64,000 bases of DNA from Opitutia bacterium. Lineage in GTDB: Bacteria > Verrucomicrobiota > Verrucomicrobiia > Opitutales > Opitutaceae. Positions within the stretch are counted from its first letter, which is position 1; each line of letters begins with the position of its first letter. Under the pieces are notes generated by a model. The model worked only from the letters and a program-made list of their open reading frames with translations, had not been told where the DNA came from and searched no databases. Shown piece by piece: positions 32,338-42,914 of the stretch. The position numbers were made by a program, and so were the translations under genes. The stretch spans positions 704,001-768,000 of the forward strand of contig CANJVR010000002.1 of NCBI GenBank assembly GCA_947478395.1. The letters are read 5' to 3'.

Positions 32338-32583
32338 ATGGCGCATAAAACAGGTCAAAGCTCCACGTCCAACGGCCGCTCCAGCAAGGCAAAGCGTCTC
32401 GGAGTGAAACTCTACGGCAGCGAAGCCGTTCGGGCTGGCGGTATCATCATCCGCCAGCGCGGCAGCAAGACCCACGCCGGCAAGAACGTCGGCACCGGTC
32501 GCGACTGGACCCTCTTCGCGCTGAAGGACGGCGTCGTGAAATACGACAAAGTCCACCGCAGCGTCGAGGTCGTCGTCGGCTAA
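32338..32583 (+). CDS. rpmA: 50S ribosomal protein L27
   Basis: MAHK...NGR.S..KRLGVK, IIIRQRG. Confidence 0.97.
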   Translation: MAHKTGQSSTSNGRSSKAKRLGVKLYGSEAVRAGGIIIRQRGSKTHAGKNVGTGRDWTLFALKDGVVKYDKVHRSVEVVVG

Positions 32584-32606
32584 CGTTCCCGTCCTTTCAA
32601 AATTTC

Positions 32607-32635
32607 AACGCAGTCCGCATGGACTGCGTTTTTTT
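32607..32635 (+). terminator. Intrinsic terminator of rplU-rpmA
   Basis: AACGCAGTCC-GCAT-GGACTGCGTT followed by a T-run. Confidence 0.85.
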
Positions 32636-32742
32636 ATGGGCGTATGCCCGGCCCCCTTGGCGGCGACTGCCTGCGCGTCGCGCAAAAGCTGAGGTCTTCC
32701 GCGCAAAGCTGGAGCGGCGAAAGTTTTCCGTGGCGGCTTTGA

Positions 32743-32814
32743 GTAACGGCAGGCGTCGCTGCCTGCCAGGTTCGGCCGTCCTCGTTTCGGGCAGGCAGGG
32801 ACGCCTGCCGCTAC
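32743..32814. repeat. Inverted REP doublet (GTAGCGGCAGGCGTCCCTGCCTGCC family)
   Basis: 25-bp arms at 32743-32767 and 32790-32814, inverted, two mismatches. Confidence 0.7.
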
Positions 32815-32851
32815 GCTACGTCGTGAGCGGCTGCGCTTTTGGTTAAAGCGA

Positions 32852-33931
32852 CTAGTTGGCCGCGGGATAACTCCCGAGCCATTTCACCATCGGACAGAAA
32901 CTCCGCAGGTCGGCAAGGGCCGCCTTCATGGCTGGGTCGTCGTGGTGGCCGCTGACATCGAGAAAAAAATAATAATCCCACGGCCGCTTCTTGCTCGGCC
33001 GCGACTCGATCTTCGAAAGATTAATGCCTCGGCTCGCGAGCGGATTGAGCATCTTGAGCAACGCGCCCGAGTGCGCCGCGGCTTCATCGCCGAGCGACAC
33101 CAACAGACTCGTGATGTCTTTCCCGCCGCCCACCGGGCCGGAGGATCGCCGTCCCAGCACGAAGAAGCGCGTGGTGTTGTCCGCCTTGTCCTGAATATTT
33201 CGCGCGAGCACCGGTACGCCGTGAAATTCCGCCGCGAGTTCACTCGCCACCGCGGCCACGCCCGGTTCGACCTTCGCGATCTGCACCGCGCGCGAGGTGC
33301 TCGTCGCGTCGACCAGCTGCGCATGCGGCACGTGGCGCTGCAGCCAGTTCCGGCACTGCGCGAGCGCTTGGTCTTTGGACAACACTTTTTGAATTTTTTC
33401 CAACGGCGTCGCGGAGATTAGAGCGTGCGTGATCTCCAGATAAACTTGCGCCACGATTTTCAGATCGCTGTCGACGAAGCTGTCCAACGCCTCGCGCACC
33501 GAACCCTCGGTGGAGTTTTCAATCGGGATCACGGCATAGTCGGCCTCACCTTTTTCAACCGCCGTGAAAATATCACCGACCGATGCCATGGCGTGATAGT
33601 CCACGCTCGCGCCGAATTTCTTCATCGCGGCAGCGTGCGTGTTCGTCGCTTCCGGCCCGAGATAAGCGATCATCAGCGGCTTCTCGAGCGCGATGGCCGC
33701 CGACATGATCTCGCGATAGATCGCCCGCAAGGCGTCATCTTTGATCGGCCCCTGATTCTGGCCGCAGACTTTTCGCATGACCGCGTCCTCGCGCTCCGCG
33801 ACATAGATCTCGCCGCCCGTGCTACGCTTCACCTTGCCGATCTCGGCCGCCAGCGCGAGCCGCTGGTTGATCAGCTCGACGAGTTGGCGATCGAGGGTAT
33901 CGATCTTTTCGCGAATAGGGCCGAGGTCCAT
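32852..33931 (-). CDS. pheA: Chorismate mutase/prephenate dehydratase
   Basis: N-terminal CM (IREKIDTLD), IPIENSTEG, NTTRF, INLSKIESRP. Confidence 0.96.
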   Translation of the reverse strand: MDLGPIREKIDTLDRQLVELINQRLALAAEIGKVKRSTGGEIYVAEREDAVMRKVCGQNQGPIKDDALRAIYREIMSAAIALEKPLMIAYLGPEATNTHAAAMKKFGASVDYHAMASVGDIFTAVEKGEADYAVIPIENSTEGSVREALDSFVDSDLKIVAQVYLEITHALISATPLEKIQKVLSKDQALAQCRNWLQRHVPHAQLVDATSTSRAVQIAKVEPGVAAVASELAAEFHGVPVLARNIQDKADNTTRFFVLGRRSSGPVGGGKDITSLLVSLGDEAAAHSGALLKMLNPLASRGINLSKIESRPSKKRPWDYYFFLDVSGHHDDPAMKAALADLRSFCPMVKWLGSYPAAN

Positions 33932-33934
33932 GGG

Positions 33935-34825
33935 TCAGGAAGCGGGCGTGGGGTCCGGGACGACGGGCTCTTGCGGCGCGTCCGCGGTCGCATCGACCAC
34001 CGTCGTTCCACTCTCCGTTGCGAGCGTGAGTTGTTCTGTCTCCAAGCCCATCTCCGCATCGCCCAGAGTGTGCGGCGTGGTGGCCTTTTTGAGCCACTCG
34101 TCGATTTGCCGCGACGATAGCACGTCGGACGCGGGCAACTCGTCGAGCGACTTGATCCCGGTATATTCGAGAAATTTGTCGGTTGTGCCGTATTGGAGCG
34201 GACGGCCCGGTAAATCTGCGCGGCCCACGATATAAATGAGATCGCGCTCGAGCAGTTTGTTCACGCCGGCCTCGGCCGAAACGCCGCGGATGGTCTCAAT
34301 TTCGGTCCGCGTAACGGGCTGGCGATAGGCCACCACCGCGAGCGTTTCCAGCGACGACTGGCTCAACTTCACGGGCGGCGGCTCCTGACGCAAAATCCGC
34401 ACCCAGCGTGCGAACTGCGGCTGGGTAACCAATCGATAACCGCTCGAGCCCTCGATCAGCAGCAGGCCTTCGTCGGCCAGCCGAAGCTCCGCCGCGATCT
34501 CGTCCATCACTTCCCGGATCTGGGCCGTCGTCACGAGCGAAGGCACGTCTTGATAAAGCTCCGCCTCACCCGGCAGCTCCGCAACGACCTCGGTCACTTC
34601 GCCCGCGTCGGCGACGCTGGCGACCGGCACCTCGACCCGCGGAAGAACCACCTCGCCCGCCGCGGGCGGTTCATCGGTCGGAACGTCGTCACTGACGATC
34701 CCCGGCAAAGGGAGCGTCTGCTGTTCATGAAACCGCGTGAACACCGCCTGCACATCCTTTACTGCCAGCGGCAGATTTGAGGAGAGCAGCAAGGCCTTGA
34801 GCACTTTTTTGAGATTGAACGCCAT
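33935..34825 (-). CDS. scpB: SMC-Scp complex subunit ScpB
   Basis: [33 protein letters not shown]. Likely ATG 34825. Confidence 0.93.
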   Translation of the reverse strand: MAFNLKKVLKALLLSSNLPLAVKDVQAVFTRFHEQQTLPLPGIVSDDVPTDEPPAAGEVVLPRVEVPVASVADAGEVTEVVAELPGEAELYQDVPSLVTTAQIREVMDEIAAELRLADEGLLLIEGSSGYRLVTQPQFARWVRILRQEPPPVKLSQSSLETLAVVAYRQPVTRTEIETIRGVSAEAGVNKLLERDLIYIVGRADLPGRPLQYGTTDKFLEYTGIKSLDELPASDVLSSRQIDEWLKKATTPHTLGDAEMGLETEQLTLATESGTTVVDATADAPQEPVVPDPTPAS

Positions 34826-34988
34826 GCGGAGAAAAACGCCGCGAGTGAATCGCGCGGCCGGCGGCTCACGCAACCTTGAAAAGTTGCGGTTTCCGTTCCG
34901 CACGATTTTCCGCGGCGCTTTGGGTGCCCGGACGCGAACGCGCTTGCCCGCCTGCCTGGCGCTTGGTCTGCTGCGCACCGCTTTACCC

Positions 34989-36689
34989 ATGTCAAAATCC
35001 CTCGAAAATCTTCGCCCGCATTCTTCCATTGTTCACGACGGTCCCAGCCGCGCGGGCGCCCGTTCGATGCTCCGCCCCGTTGGTTTCACCGACGAAGACT
35101 TCAAGAAGCCGGTCGTCGGCATTGCCTCACTTTGGAGCATGGTCACGCCGTGTAACATGCACTTGGACCAGCTTTCCCGCGAAGCCGAAGCGGGAGCCAA
35201 CGCCGCGGGCGGCAAGGCGATCATCTTCGGGACCATCACGGTTTCCGACGGGATCAGCATGGGGACGCCGGGCATGCGTTATTCGCTCGTTTCGCGTGAG
35301 GTGATCGCGGATTCGATCGAGACGGTTTCTGGCGCCGAAGGCTTTGACGCGATCGTGACGGTGGGCGGTTGCGACAAAAACATGCCCGGTTGTCTCATGG
35401 CGCTGGCGCGGCTGAACCGGCCTGGAGTGTTTGTCTACGGCGGCACCATTTTGCCCGGCTTCCACCCCGCGACGAAAAAAGAATGCGATATCGTTTCGGT
35501 TTACGAGGCGATCGGGCAACACGCGGCCGGCAAGGTCGACGACAAGGGCCTGGCCGCGCTGGAAAATTGCTCGATTCCCGGCCCAGGCTCCTGCGGCGGC
35601 ATGTACACGGCCAACACGATGGCTTCGGCCATCGAGGCCCTCGGCATGTCGCTGCCGAATTCCTCGGCGCAGATTGCGATCAGTGCCGAGAAAAAAGCCG
35701 ATTGCCGCAACGCCGGCGCCGCGGCGATCGAGTTGCTCAAGCGGAACATCAAGCCGCGGGATATCATGACGCGAAAAGCGTTCGAAAACGCCATCGTCGT
35801 TACGATCGCCCTCGGCGGCTCGACCAACGCCGTGCTGCATTTGCTCGCGATGGCGCACAGTGCGGGCGTGAAGCTTTCCATCGATGATTTCACCAAGATC
35901 GGCAAACGCGTGCCGGTCCTGGCCGATCTCAAGCCCTCCGGCAAATACGGGATGGTGCATCTCACGCGCATCGGCGGATTGCCGCCGTTGATGAAGGTGT
36001 TGCTCGACGCCGGTCTGCTGCATGGCGACTGCATCACCGTGACGGGCAAGACCGTCGCGGAAAACCTGAAGAACGTCGGCGCCTACCCGGTCGATCAGGA
36101 TGTGGTCCGCCCGCTTTCGAATCCGATCAAGGCGGACAGCCATCTCCGCATTCTCTATGGCAATCTCGCTCCCGAAGGTGCGGTGGCGAAAATTTCCGGC
36201 AAAGAAGGCCTCGTTTTCAGTGGCAAAGCGATCGTGTTCGAAGGTGAGGAAGCGGCGCTCAAGGCCATTCTCGAAGGTAAAGTAAAAGCCGGCCATGTCG
36301 TGGTCATTCGCAACGAAGGCCCCGTCGGCGGCCCCGGCATGCGTGAAATGCTCAGTCCCACGAGCGCCATCATGGGTCGCGGTCTCGGCAAAGATGTCGC
36401 CCTGATTACCGACGGTCGTTTCTCGGGCGGCAGCCACGGTTTTGTGGTCGGCCACATCGCGCCGGAAGCGGCGCTGGGCGGACCGATCGGCATTTTAAAA
36501 AATGGCGACCCGATCACGATCAACGCCCTGAAGAACGAGCTCACGCTCGATCTCACGGCGAAGGAAATCAAGGCCCGCCAGAAAGCGTGGAAGCCGAAGA
36601 AGGCCAAGGAAACTCGCGGCGTGCTCGCGAAGTATGCCAAGCTGGTCACGAGTGCTTCCGAAGGGGCTGTGACCGATAAAGATCTCTGA
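34989..36689 (+). CDS. ilvD: Dihydroxy-acid dehydratase
   Basis: [39 protein letters not shown]. Confidence 0.97.
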   Translation: MSKSLENLRPHSSIVHDGPSRAGARSMLRPVGFTDEDFKKPVVGIASLWSMVTPCNMHLDQLSREAEAGANAAGGKAIIFGTITVSDGISMGTPGMRYSLVSREVIADSIETVSGAEGFDAIVTVGGCDKNMPGCLMALARLNRPGVFVYGGTILPGFHPATKKECDIVSVYEAIGQHAAGKVDDKGLAALENCSIPGPGSCGGMYTANTMASAIEALGMSLPNSSAQIAISAEKKADCRNAGAAAIELLKRNIKPRDIMTRKAFENAIVVTIALGGSTNAVLHLLAMAHSAGVKLSIDDFTKIGKRVPVLADLKPSGKYGMVHLTRIGGLPPLMKVLLDAGLLHGDCITVTGKTVAENLKNVGAYPVDQDVVRPLSNPIKADSHLRILYGNLAPEGAVAKISGKEGLVFSGKAIVFEGEEAALKAILEGKVKAGHVVVIRNEGPVGGPGMREMLSPTSAIMGRGLGKDVALITDGRFSGGSHGFVVGHIAPEAALGGPIGILKNGDPITINALKNELTLDLTAKEIKARQKAWKPKKAKETRGVLAKYAKLVTSASEGAVTDKDL

Positions 36690-36694
36690 AAAAG

Positions 36695-36741
36695 ATAGGT
36701 CCCGTAGGTCCTATAGGTCTTGAAAGACCAATAGGACCTAC
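36695..36741. repeat. Foldback repeat made of 9-bp units
   Basis: ATAGGTCCC GTAGGTCCT ATAGGTCTT, then inverted AAGACCAAT AGGACCTAC. Confidence 0.7.
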
Positions 36742-37296
36742 CTTTGAAAACTCCTGCGGTTTCTCGACATTCTGTTTCTTATACCGCCGTTCTGCCGGAA
36801 ATCCTGCTCGAGGCCCCGAATTTGCCGATCGAGCAGATCGTTCGCTTCATGGATCAGGCCGAGCGCGATTTTGGCCCCCACTTCGCCGGGGCTAGTTTCG
36901 ACAAACGCCCGAAACTCACCGTAGCCCGCTCCGGGTTTTTCGTCCAAGCGCCGCACGAACCCAGCTTCTTTCGCATCCTTGGCCCAAATCGCCAGCTGCC
37001 TCACCCGCGAAAAATCGTCGTAGTCCGCCAGCAGTTCCTCGAGGCTCGCCCGCGCGACATTGGTTAGCTTGAGCTTCATCTCCTTCGAGGTCCCCGACGC
37101 CTTTGAACCTTCGAGGATATTCTGCTTTTCCGACCGCGCCGCCGCACCCTCTGGTCGATCGTACGATCTCCCTTCCGCAGAAACCATTCACGAAATCGAT
37201 CCGTGAGGTCGTAAACAATCTCCGCCTTTTGAAGCGACCGCAGTTCGCGATAGTGCCCGTAGCCGGCAGAAGTTTTCCGGGGCTTACACACTCCAT
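36738..37296 (-). pseudogene. Frameshifted four-helix-bundle (IVS/S23-like) protein gene with suffix domain
   Basis: Family-like segments lie in three frames: MECVSPGKLLP / GHYRELRSLQKAEIVYDLT..GDRTIDQ / AARSEKQNILEGSKASGTSKEM..VARASLEELL.DY. Frameshifts near 37260 and 37143. Confidence 0.8.
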
Positions 37297-37464
37297 CTTG
37301 CGCGCAACGTAGGCGACCCTTGTTCGCCGAGTAGCCCTTTCTCGGGCTCATCTTGCCAAAGTAGAGTTCACTCGGACCGCCCGTTTTTCCGGACTGTTCT
37401 GCCCTGATCTTTTAAATCGCCCGCAGCCTTTCCCCGAGCCCCGCGTCGTACCGCTGGCCACCCT

Positions 37465-39774
37465 ATGCCTTCGCTTCTTCCCTCCTCCACCGCAGCCCGT
37501 CTCCTCGCGCTCGCTTTCCTGGCCCCGCTTTCTGCGTCACTGGTCACCGCCTCCGCTGCGCCGGTCGTCGCCAAGGCCACCGCCAGCGCGCCGGTCACGG
37601 TCAAGGACAACGGCACGCATTTCGTTTTAGACAACGGCATCGTCACCGCGCACATCAACAAACGGAATGGCAGCCTCGAACAGGTGATCTACAAAGGCGT
37701 GGATCGCGCCGGTCACGATCAGGGCGCCGTAGGCGTCTGGGAACAGGACCCGTCCGCCGCCGCTGCGAGCGGGGGCCTAACGCAGTTGATCACGATCGAC
37801 CCCGCAAAAAACGGCGGCACACGCGGCGAGATCGCCATCAAGGGCGTCACAGGCGGCAAAGTGATGCTCACCCCGAACGCTCCCGGCGGCGGCACTCTGT
37901 GCGACCTCGAACTGCGCTACGCCATCGGCCAAGGCGAGAGCGGCATCTATACCTACGCGATTTTTTCCCACCCGGAATCCTATGGCGCGATGGGCGTCGG
38001 CGAGAGCCGCTTCATCCTGCGCGTGAATCAGTCCTTCGATTGGATTTCGGTCGACGCCGACCGCAATCTCCTCGCCGCCGGCCCGCTCAATTGGGGCACC
38101 GGCGTCGTCGTCCACGCCAAGGAGCAGCGCGTCATGAGCCAGGGGCCGTACAAAAATTCCGTCGAGCACAAGTACAGCTACAACGCGATCCAGTACAAAA
38201 TCCCCGCCTACGGCTGGTCGAGCACGCAGGAGCACGTCGGCGTGTGGTTCATCAACCCCACCATCGAATACCTCAGCGGCGGCGCCTCAAAACAGGAACT
38301 GGTCTGCCACTATGGCGACAACGACAACCCCGATCCCATCCTGCTGAACTATTGGCGCGGCACGCACTACGGCGGCGGGGCAACGTGCACCATCGCGGCC
38401 GGCGAAGCGTGGAGCAAAGTCGTCGGTCCGATGTTTATCTACGTTAACTCCCTCGATGGATTCGACACGCCTTCCAAGGCCGACCTCGACACCTTCGCCG
38501 CCACGGCCGGCAACCCCACCGTTCCGTCAGCGTGGAAAACCAACGCCACCGCGCTCTGGCACGACGCGCTTACCCAAGCGAAAAGCGAGACGGGGAAATG
38601 GCCCTACGCGTGGGTGAACGGCGTCGACTACCCGCACAAAGCCGAGCGCGCCACCGTGACCGGACAACTCGCGCTCAATGACCCGCTGGCCCCCGTCCCG
38701 TTGAAAAAATTCACGAGCCTCACGATCGGCCTCGCTTACCCCGACACCGTCGTGCCCGCGCCCGCTGGCCCTCCTCCGACCGGTGCACCCAACGGCGCGG
38801 CAGCTCCCGCCGGCGGCCCACCCCGCGGCGGACGCGGCGGTTTCGGCGGACCACGCACCGTCGATTGGGCGCACGATGCGAAACATTATCAATTTTGGAC
38901 CGACGGCGCCGCCGACGGAAAATTCACGATCCCCAACGTGCGTCCCGGCAAATATACGCTGCACGCCTTTGCGGACGGCGTCCTCGGCGAATTCGCGCAG
39001 ACCGATATCGTCGTCGAAGCCGGCAAGGCGGTCGATCTCGGCAAACTCGAATGGAAGCCCGTGCGTTACGGCAAACAGGTCTGGGAAATCGGCGTGCCCA
39101 ACCGCAACGCCAGCGAGTTCCTGAAGGGCGACGCCGACAACTACTGGCTCTGGGGCTGGCCGCTGCGTTACGCCCTCCTCTTTCCGCATGACCTCACCTA
39201 CACGGTTGGCCAAAGCGACTGGCACAAAGACTGGTTCTTCGAACAAGTCCCCCACGCGGAAGATCTGTCTTTCGTGAATCCCGAAGCGAAAGATCCGGCC
39301 AACCAAAAATTCGGCTGGGTCAAAGCCGAATCTCGCGCGCAATTTCCGACGACCGATCGCGACGGCGGCGTCTGGCGGCGCTACGGCCGCGGCCGCGCGA
39401 CCACGTGGACGATCAAGTTCAAGATGGATAAAGCCGCACCCGGCACCGCGACGCTACGCCTCGCGCTGGCCGGCGCCGACGGCCAGGGCCTCACCGTCGC
39501 GATCAACGGCAAGGAGGCCGGCTCGATCCGTCCAGCATCAACGAACGCGCTTCGTTACAATACCGATAAAGGCGTCTGGCAGGAACAGACGGTAAAGTTC
39601 GACGCCGCCCTACTGCAGGCCGGCGAAAACGAGCTGACCCTGACCGTCCCCGCCGGCGACGTAACCAGTGGTGTCGTCTACGATTACCTCCGACTCGAAA
39701 TCGGCGAAACGAAAACAGCCAAGGCCACCGCGGATAAGGAAGTGTTAGGTTCCGGGTTCCGCGTCTCAAGTTAA
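37465..39774 (+). CDS. Rhamnogalacturonan lyase, polysaccharide lyase family 4
   Basis: Signal peptide, EHKYSY, EYLSGG..KQEL, GKFTIPNVRPGKYTL, VWEIGVP.R.A.EF, VYDYLRLE. Confidence 0.85.
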   Translation: MPSLLPSSTAARLLALAFLAPLSASLVTASAAPVVAKATASAPVTVKDNGTHFVLDNGIVTAHINKRNGSLEQVIYKGVDRAGHDQGAVGVWEQDPSAAAASGGLTQLITIDPAKNGGTRGEIAIKGVTGGKVMLTPNAPGGGTLCDLELRYAIGQGESGIYTYAIFSHPESYGAMGVGESRFILRVNQSFDWISVDADRNLLAAGPLNWGTGVVVHAKEQRVMSQGPYKNSVEHKYSYNAIQYKIPAYGWSSTQEHVGVWFINPTIEYLSGGASKQELVCHYGDNDNPDPILLNYWRGTHYGGGATCTIAAGEAWSKVVGPMFIYVNSLDGFDTPSKADLDTFAATAGNPTVPSAWKTNATALWHDALTQAKSETGKWPYAWVNGVDYPHKAERATVTGQLALNDPLAPVPLKKFTSLTIGLAYPDTVVPAPAGPPPTGAPNGAAAPAGGPPRGGRGGFGGPRTVDWAHDAKHYQFWTDGAADGKFTIPNVRPGKYTLHAFADGVLGEFAQTDIVVEAGKAVDLGKLEWKPVRYGKQVWEIGVPNRNASEFLKGDADNYWLWGWPLRYALLFPHDLTYTVGQSDWHKDWFFEQVPHAEDLSFVNPEAKDPANQKFGWVKAESRAQFPTTDRDGGVWRRYGRGRATTWTIKFKMDKAAPGTATLRLALAGADGQGLTVAINGKEAGSIRPASTNALRYNTDKGVWQEQTVKFDAALLQAGENELTLTVPAGDVTSGVVYDYLRLEIGETKTAKATADKEVLGSGFRVSS

Positions 39775-39812
39775 GCGCTTTTTCGAATAAAACTCAGCAC
39801 ACGTGGGCCAGC

Positions 39813-40040
39813 GCTCTGGCCCACGTCAATGATCGCGGCGGCCGCACCCGCGCCGACAACAACGGCACCAACATCGGCGTCTGGCGTGAGTACAAGCAGA
39901 CGTTCAACGCGAATCTCCTGAAGGTGGGCGAAAACCAAACTCAACTCACGGTCCCGGCGGGTGAGCTTACGAGCGGCGGCGTCTACGACTACCTTCGTCT
40001 CGAGCTCGACGAAAACACGAGTGCGACCGCGAGTCTCTGA
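39813..40040 (+). pseudogene. Start-less C-terminal remnant of a paralogous PL4 lyase
   Basis: Translates to ...GVWREYKQTFNANLLKVGENQTQLTVPAGELTSGGVYDYLRLELDE...*, collinear with the upstream lyase C-terminus. Confidence 0.8.
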
Positions 40041-40050
40041 GCTGAGATCA

Positions 40051-40180
40051 GCGCAAAGACGCGCAGGGGCGACGGCAGAGCAAAGGAAAAGAGGTTCGGA
40101 TTGTGTGATCGAACTTCGGTACGCTCTGCTCACGGTCTCGCCTTCTTCGCTCCGAACTTCGCCCCTTCGCGTCTTCGCGC
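40051..40180. repeat. 22-bp inverted-repeat foldback element
   Basis: GCGCAAAGACGCGCAGGGGCGA (40051-40072) versus the reverse complement of 40159-40180, two mismatches. Confidence 0.65.
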
Positions 40181-40255
40181 TTAATCCGAAACTCCGCGCC
40201 CGCCTCGCACTTTCCGCTTTGTCCTGCCGCACGCGCCTGTTACCTCTTCGGTCTC

Positions 40256-41836
40256 ATGACATGGTCCCGCTTTAAAACGCTCTACTACCAGAATGCGCAG
40301 CTCGGCGTGGCGCTCGACATTTCACGCATCCCTTTTCCCGCCGATTTTCTGGCCACAAAAGAAGCGGCCATCCAGCAGGCTTTCCTCGACATGGCCGCCC
40401 TCGAGCAGGGCGCCATCGCGAATCACGACGAGAAACGCATGGTCGGGCATTACTGGCTTCGCGCCCCGCAGCTCGCGCCGACGGCCGACCTGAGGCACGA
40501 AATTTCCTCCACGCTCACGGCGATCAAGGACTTTGCCGCCAAAGTTCACTCGGGCGCCATCGCCGGACCAAAAGGTAAATTCAAAAACCTGCTCGTCATC
40601 GGCATCGGCGGTTCCGCGCTCGGGCCCCAATTCGTGCACCACGCGCTCGGCCGCCCGCGCAAGGACAAACTCGCCGTTTCCTTTTTCGACAACACCGATC
40701 CCGACGGCATCGACTACGTTCTCGCCGGACTGCGCGGGCAGCTCGCGAAAACCATCGTCGTCGTCATTTCGAAATCCGGCGGTACCGCCGAAACGCGCAA
40801 CGGCCAGCTCGAAGCCGCCGCCGCGTTTCAAGCCGCCGGTCTCGATTTCACCAAGCACTACGTCGCCATCACCGGTGCCGGATCGAAGCTCGACCGAACC
40901 GCCATCGCCCAAAACTGGCTCGCGCGTTTCCCGATGTGGGATTGGGTCGGTGGCCGCACATCCGAACTCAGCGCGGTCGGCCTTTTACCCGCCGCACTTC
41001 AAGGCCTCGATATTCAGGCGATGCTCGACGGCGCCGCGGCGATGGACGTCGTCACGCGCCACCCCACCACCGCGCAGAATCCCGCCGCGCTGCTCGCGCT
41101 CATGTGGTATAGCGCGACCGATGGACGCGGCGCCAAAGACATGGTCGTGCTACCGTACAAGGATCGGCTCCTCCTGTTCTCGCGTTACCTCCAGCAGCTC
41201 GTGATGGAATCGCTCGGCAAGGAGCACGATCTCAAGGGTAACGTCGTCAACCAAGGCATCGCAGTCTACGGCAACAAGGGATCGACCGATCAACACGCGT
41301 ACGTGCAGCAGCTGCGCGAGGGCGTGAACAATTTCTTTGTCACGTTCATCGAGGTCCTGAAGGACCGGGACGCGAAGACGTCGCTCGAAGTCGAGCCCGG
41401 CGTCACCGCCGGCGATTTCCTGCAAGGCTTTTACCTGGGCACGCGGGACGCGCTGAGCGAAAAAGACCGCCACTCGGTTTCAATCACGCTGCCGGATATT
41501 TCACCGCGCTCGATCGGCATGTTGATCGCCCTCTACGAACGCGTGGTCGGCCTCTACGCCTCGCTGATCGGCATCAATGCCTATCACCAACCCGGGGTGG
41601 AAGCCGGCAAGAAGGCCGCGGGCGGCGTCATCGCGCTCCAGCTCAAGCTCACCGCGGCCCTCAAAGCCGCGCCGGAAAAAACGTTCACCGCCGAGGAACT
41701 CGCGACGGCCGTCGGCTCGCCGGACAGCGCCGAACTCGTTTTTAAAATTCTGGAACACCTCGCCGCCAACAAAGGCCGCGGGGTGAAAAAACGCGCGAAA
41801 ATGCTGTGGTATAAATCCACCTATCGCTCCGCCTGA
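40256..41836 (+). CDS. pgi: Glucose-6-phosphate isomerase
   Basis: [44 protein letters not shown]. Confidence 0.97.
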   Translation: MTWSRFKTLYYQNAQLGVALDISRIPFPADFLATKEAAIQQAFLDMAALEQGAIANHDEKRMVGHYWLRAPQLAPTADLRHEISSTLTAIKDFAAKVHSGAIAGPKGKFKNLLVIGIGGSALGPQFVHHALGRPRKDKLAVSFFDNTDPDGIDYVLAGLRGQLAKTIVVVISKSGGTAETRNGQLEAAAAFQAAGLDFTKHYVAITGAGSKLDRTAIAQNWLARFPMWDWVGGRTSELSAVGLLPAALQGLDIQAMLDGAAAMDVVTRHPTTAQNPAALLALMWYSATDGRGAKDMVVLPYKDRLLLFSRYLQQLVMESLGKEHDLKGNVVNQGIAVYGNKGSTDQHAYVQQLREGVNNFFVTFIEVLKDRDAKTSLEVEPGVTAGDFLQGFYLGTRDALSEKDRHSVSITLPDISPRSIGMLIALYERVVGLYASLIGINAYHQPGVEAGKKAAGGVIALQLKLTAALKAAPEKTFTAEELATAVGSPDSAELVFKILEHLAANKGRGVKKRAKMLWYKSTYRSA

Positions 41837-41862
41837 TCAAACCGGGTCCGCGCCACAAAAAA

Positions 41863-42594
41863 ATGAACCGCCTGTTGCTGATACTGAGCCTCTGTGCGTT
41901 TACGCTGTGCGGTTCACTGGGAGCGCTTTATTGGCAGGTGTTGGATGCCCGGCGCGAACTGGCGGCGCGCAACGCGGTGCTGGACCAGCAACTGACGTCG
42001 TCGCGCGAACTCGCCGTGTCGTTCCAAAAACAGGCCGTTACGTTCGAAGCTCAACTGACCGTGTCCAAAGCCCAGCTGGTCGCATCGGACAACCGCACCA
42101 CGCAACTCACCGTCGATCTGGCGCAAACCAAGGCGGCCCTCGCCGCACGGGAGCAAGCGGAGCGCACGTTGCGCGATGAACTGAGTTCGCTGCGCCGGGA
42201 TCTGGCCGACACCCGCGCCGTGGCGATTTCCCCCGCTACCGTTACGGCTTATAAAAATACCATCGCCGAACTCGAGCGCCAGCTGGCGACCGCCAAGGAC
42301 GGCGCCGCCCTCCCCACCGCAGCCGGCGCTTCCACAGCTGTTTTTTCCAGCCGTTCCGGTCGCTCCTCGGCGACGATTGTCAGCGTGGGTCCCGAAAGCG
42401 CCTTTGTGGTTTTGAACTACGGCTCCAGCCGCGGCGCCTCGGTGGGCCAGCGATTTGTGCTGCGCAGCGGGTCCGATATTCTCGGCAGCGCGCTCATCAG
42501 CGACGTACGTTCGCAGTTCTCTGTTGCACAGGTGGAACCTGAATCGTTACACGGCATCTTGCACAAAGGCGATTTGGCCATATTGACTCCCTGA
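41863..42594 (+). CDS. Membrane-anchored coiled-coil protein with a C-terminal beta domain
   Basis: N-terminal TM, heptad-rich middle, C-terminal FVVLNYGS..GA..GQ.F. Confidence 0.7.
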   Translation: MNRLLLILSLCAFTLCGSLGALYWQVLDARRELAARNAVLDQQLTSSRELAVSFQKQAVTFEAQLTVSKAQLVASDNRTTQLTVDLAQTKAALAAREQAERTLRDELSSLRRDLADTRAVAISPATVTAYKNTIAELERQLATAKDGAALPTAAGASTAVFSSRSGRSSATIVSVGPESAFVVLNYGSSRGASVGQRFVLRSGSDILGSALISDVRSQFSVAQVEPESLHGILHKGDLAILTP

Positions 42595-42597
42595 ACC

Positions 42598-42759
42598 ATG
42601 ACCTCTTTCAAGCGACTCCTTCTCTGGGTTCTCATTGCATGCGGCGCGCTCCTCACGGGGTGCGAGACGCGCAGCAGCAAAAACACCGCCATCCCGTGGA
42701 GCCGCCCCGCCGGTTGGGAAGGCCAGATCCCCGGTATGGGCCAGCAGGGCGGACGCTGA
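42598..42759 (+). CDS. Small lipoprotein (53 aa)
   Basis: Hand translation MTSFKRLLLWVLIACGALLTGCETRSSKNTAIPWSRPAGWEGQIPGMGQQGGR*. Lipobox LTGC; starts 3 bp after the upstream stop. Confidence 0.8.
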   Translation: MTSFKRLLLWVLIACGALLTGCETRSSKNTAIPWSRPAGWEGQIPGMGQQGGR

Positions 42760-42785
42760 TTGCCACTGCTCATTCGATTCGGGAC

Positions 42786-42812
42786 AAATCCGGCCCAGCG
42801 CCGGATTTTTTT
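42786..42812 (+). terminator. Intrinsic terminator
   Basis: AAATCCGGC-CCAGC-GCCGGATTT followed by a T-run. Confidence 0.75.
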
Positions 42813-42914
42813 GGGATAGCGCGGCGCCTCAGCCTGGGGTTGGGTTCCAGAACGAGGACTGAAGCCTCGCGCCAAATTAAAATATTCCCCAGGCAGTTCA
42901 CTGCCCGCGCTTAA

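Noticed and set aside
35127..36455. Long antisense or alternate-frame ORFs (also 42417-43706, 61472-62572, 54710-55756 and many others)
   Set aside because: They are shadows of well-supported genes in GC-rich DNA and carry no recognisable motifs.
36738..40040. Diversity-generating retroelement (Avd-like gene plus duplicated C-terminal segment as VR/TR)
   Set aside because: Differences between the two copies are not adenine-specific and are largely third-position. No reverse transcriptase is present in the window.
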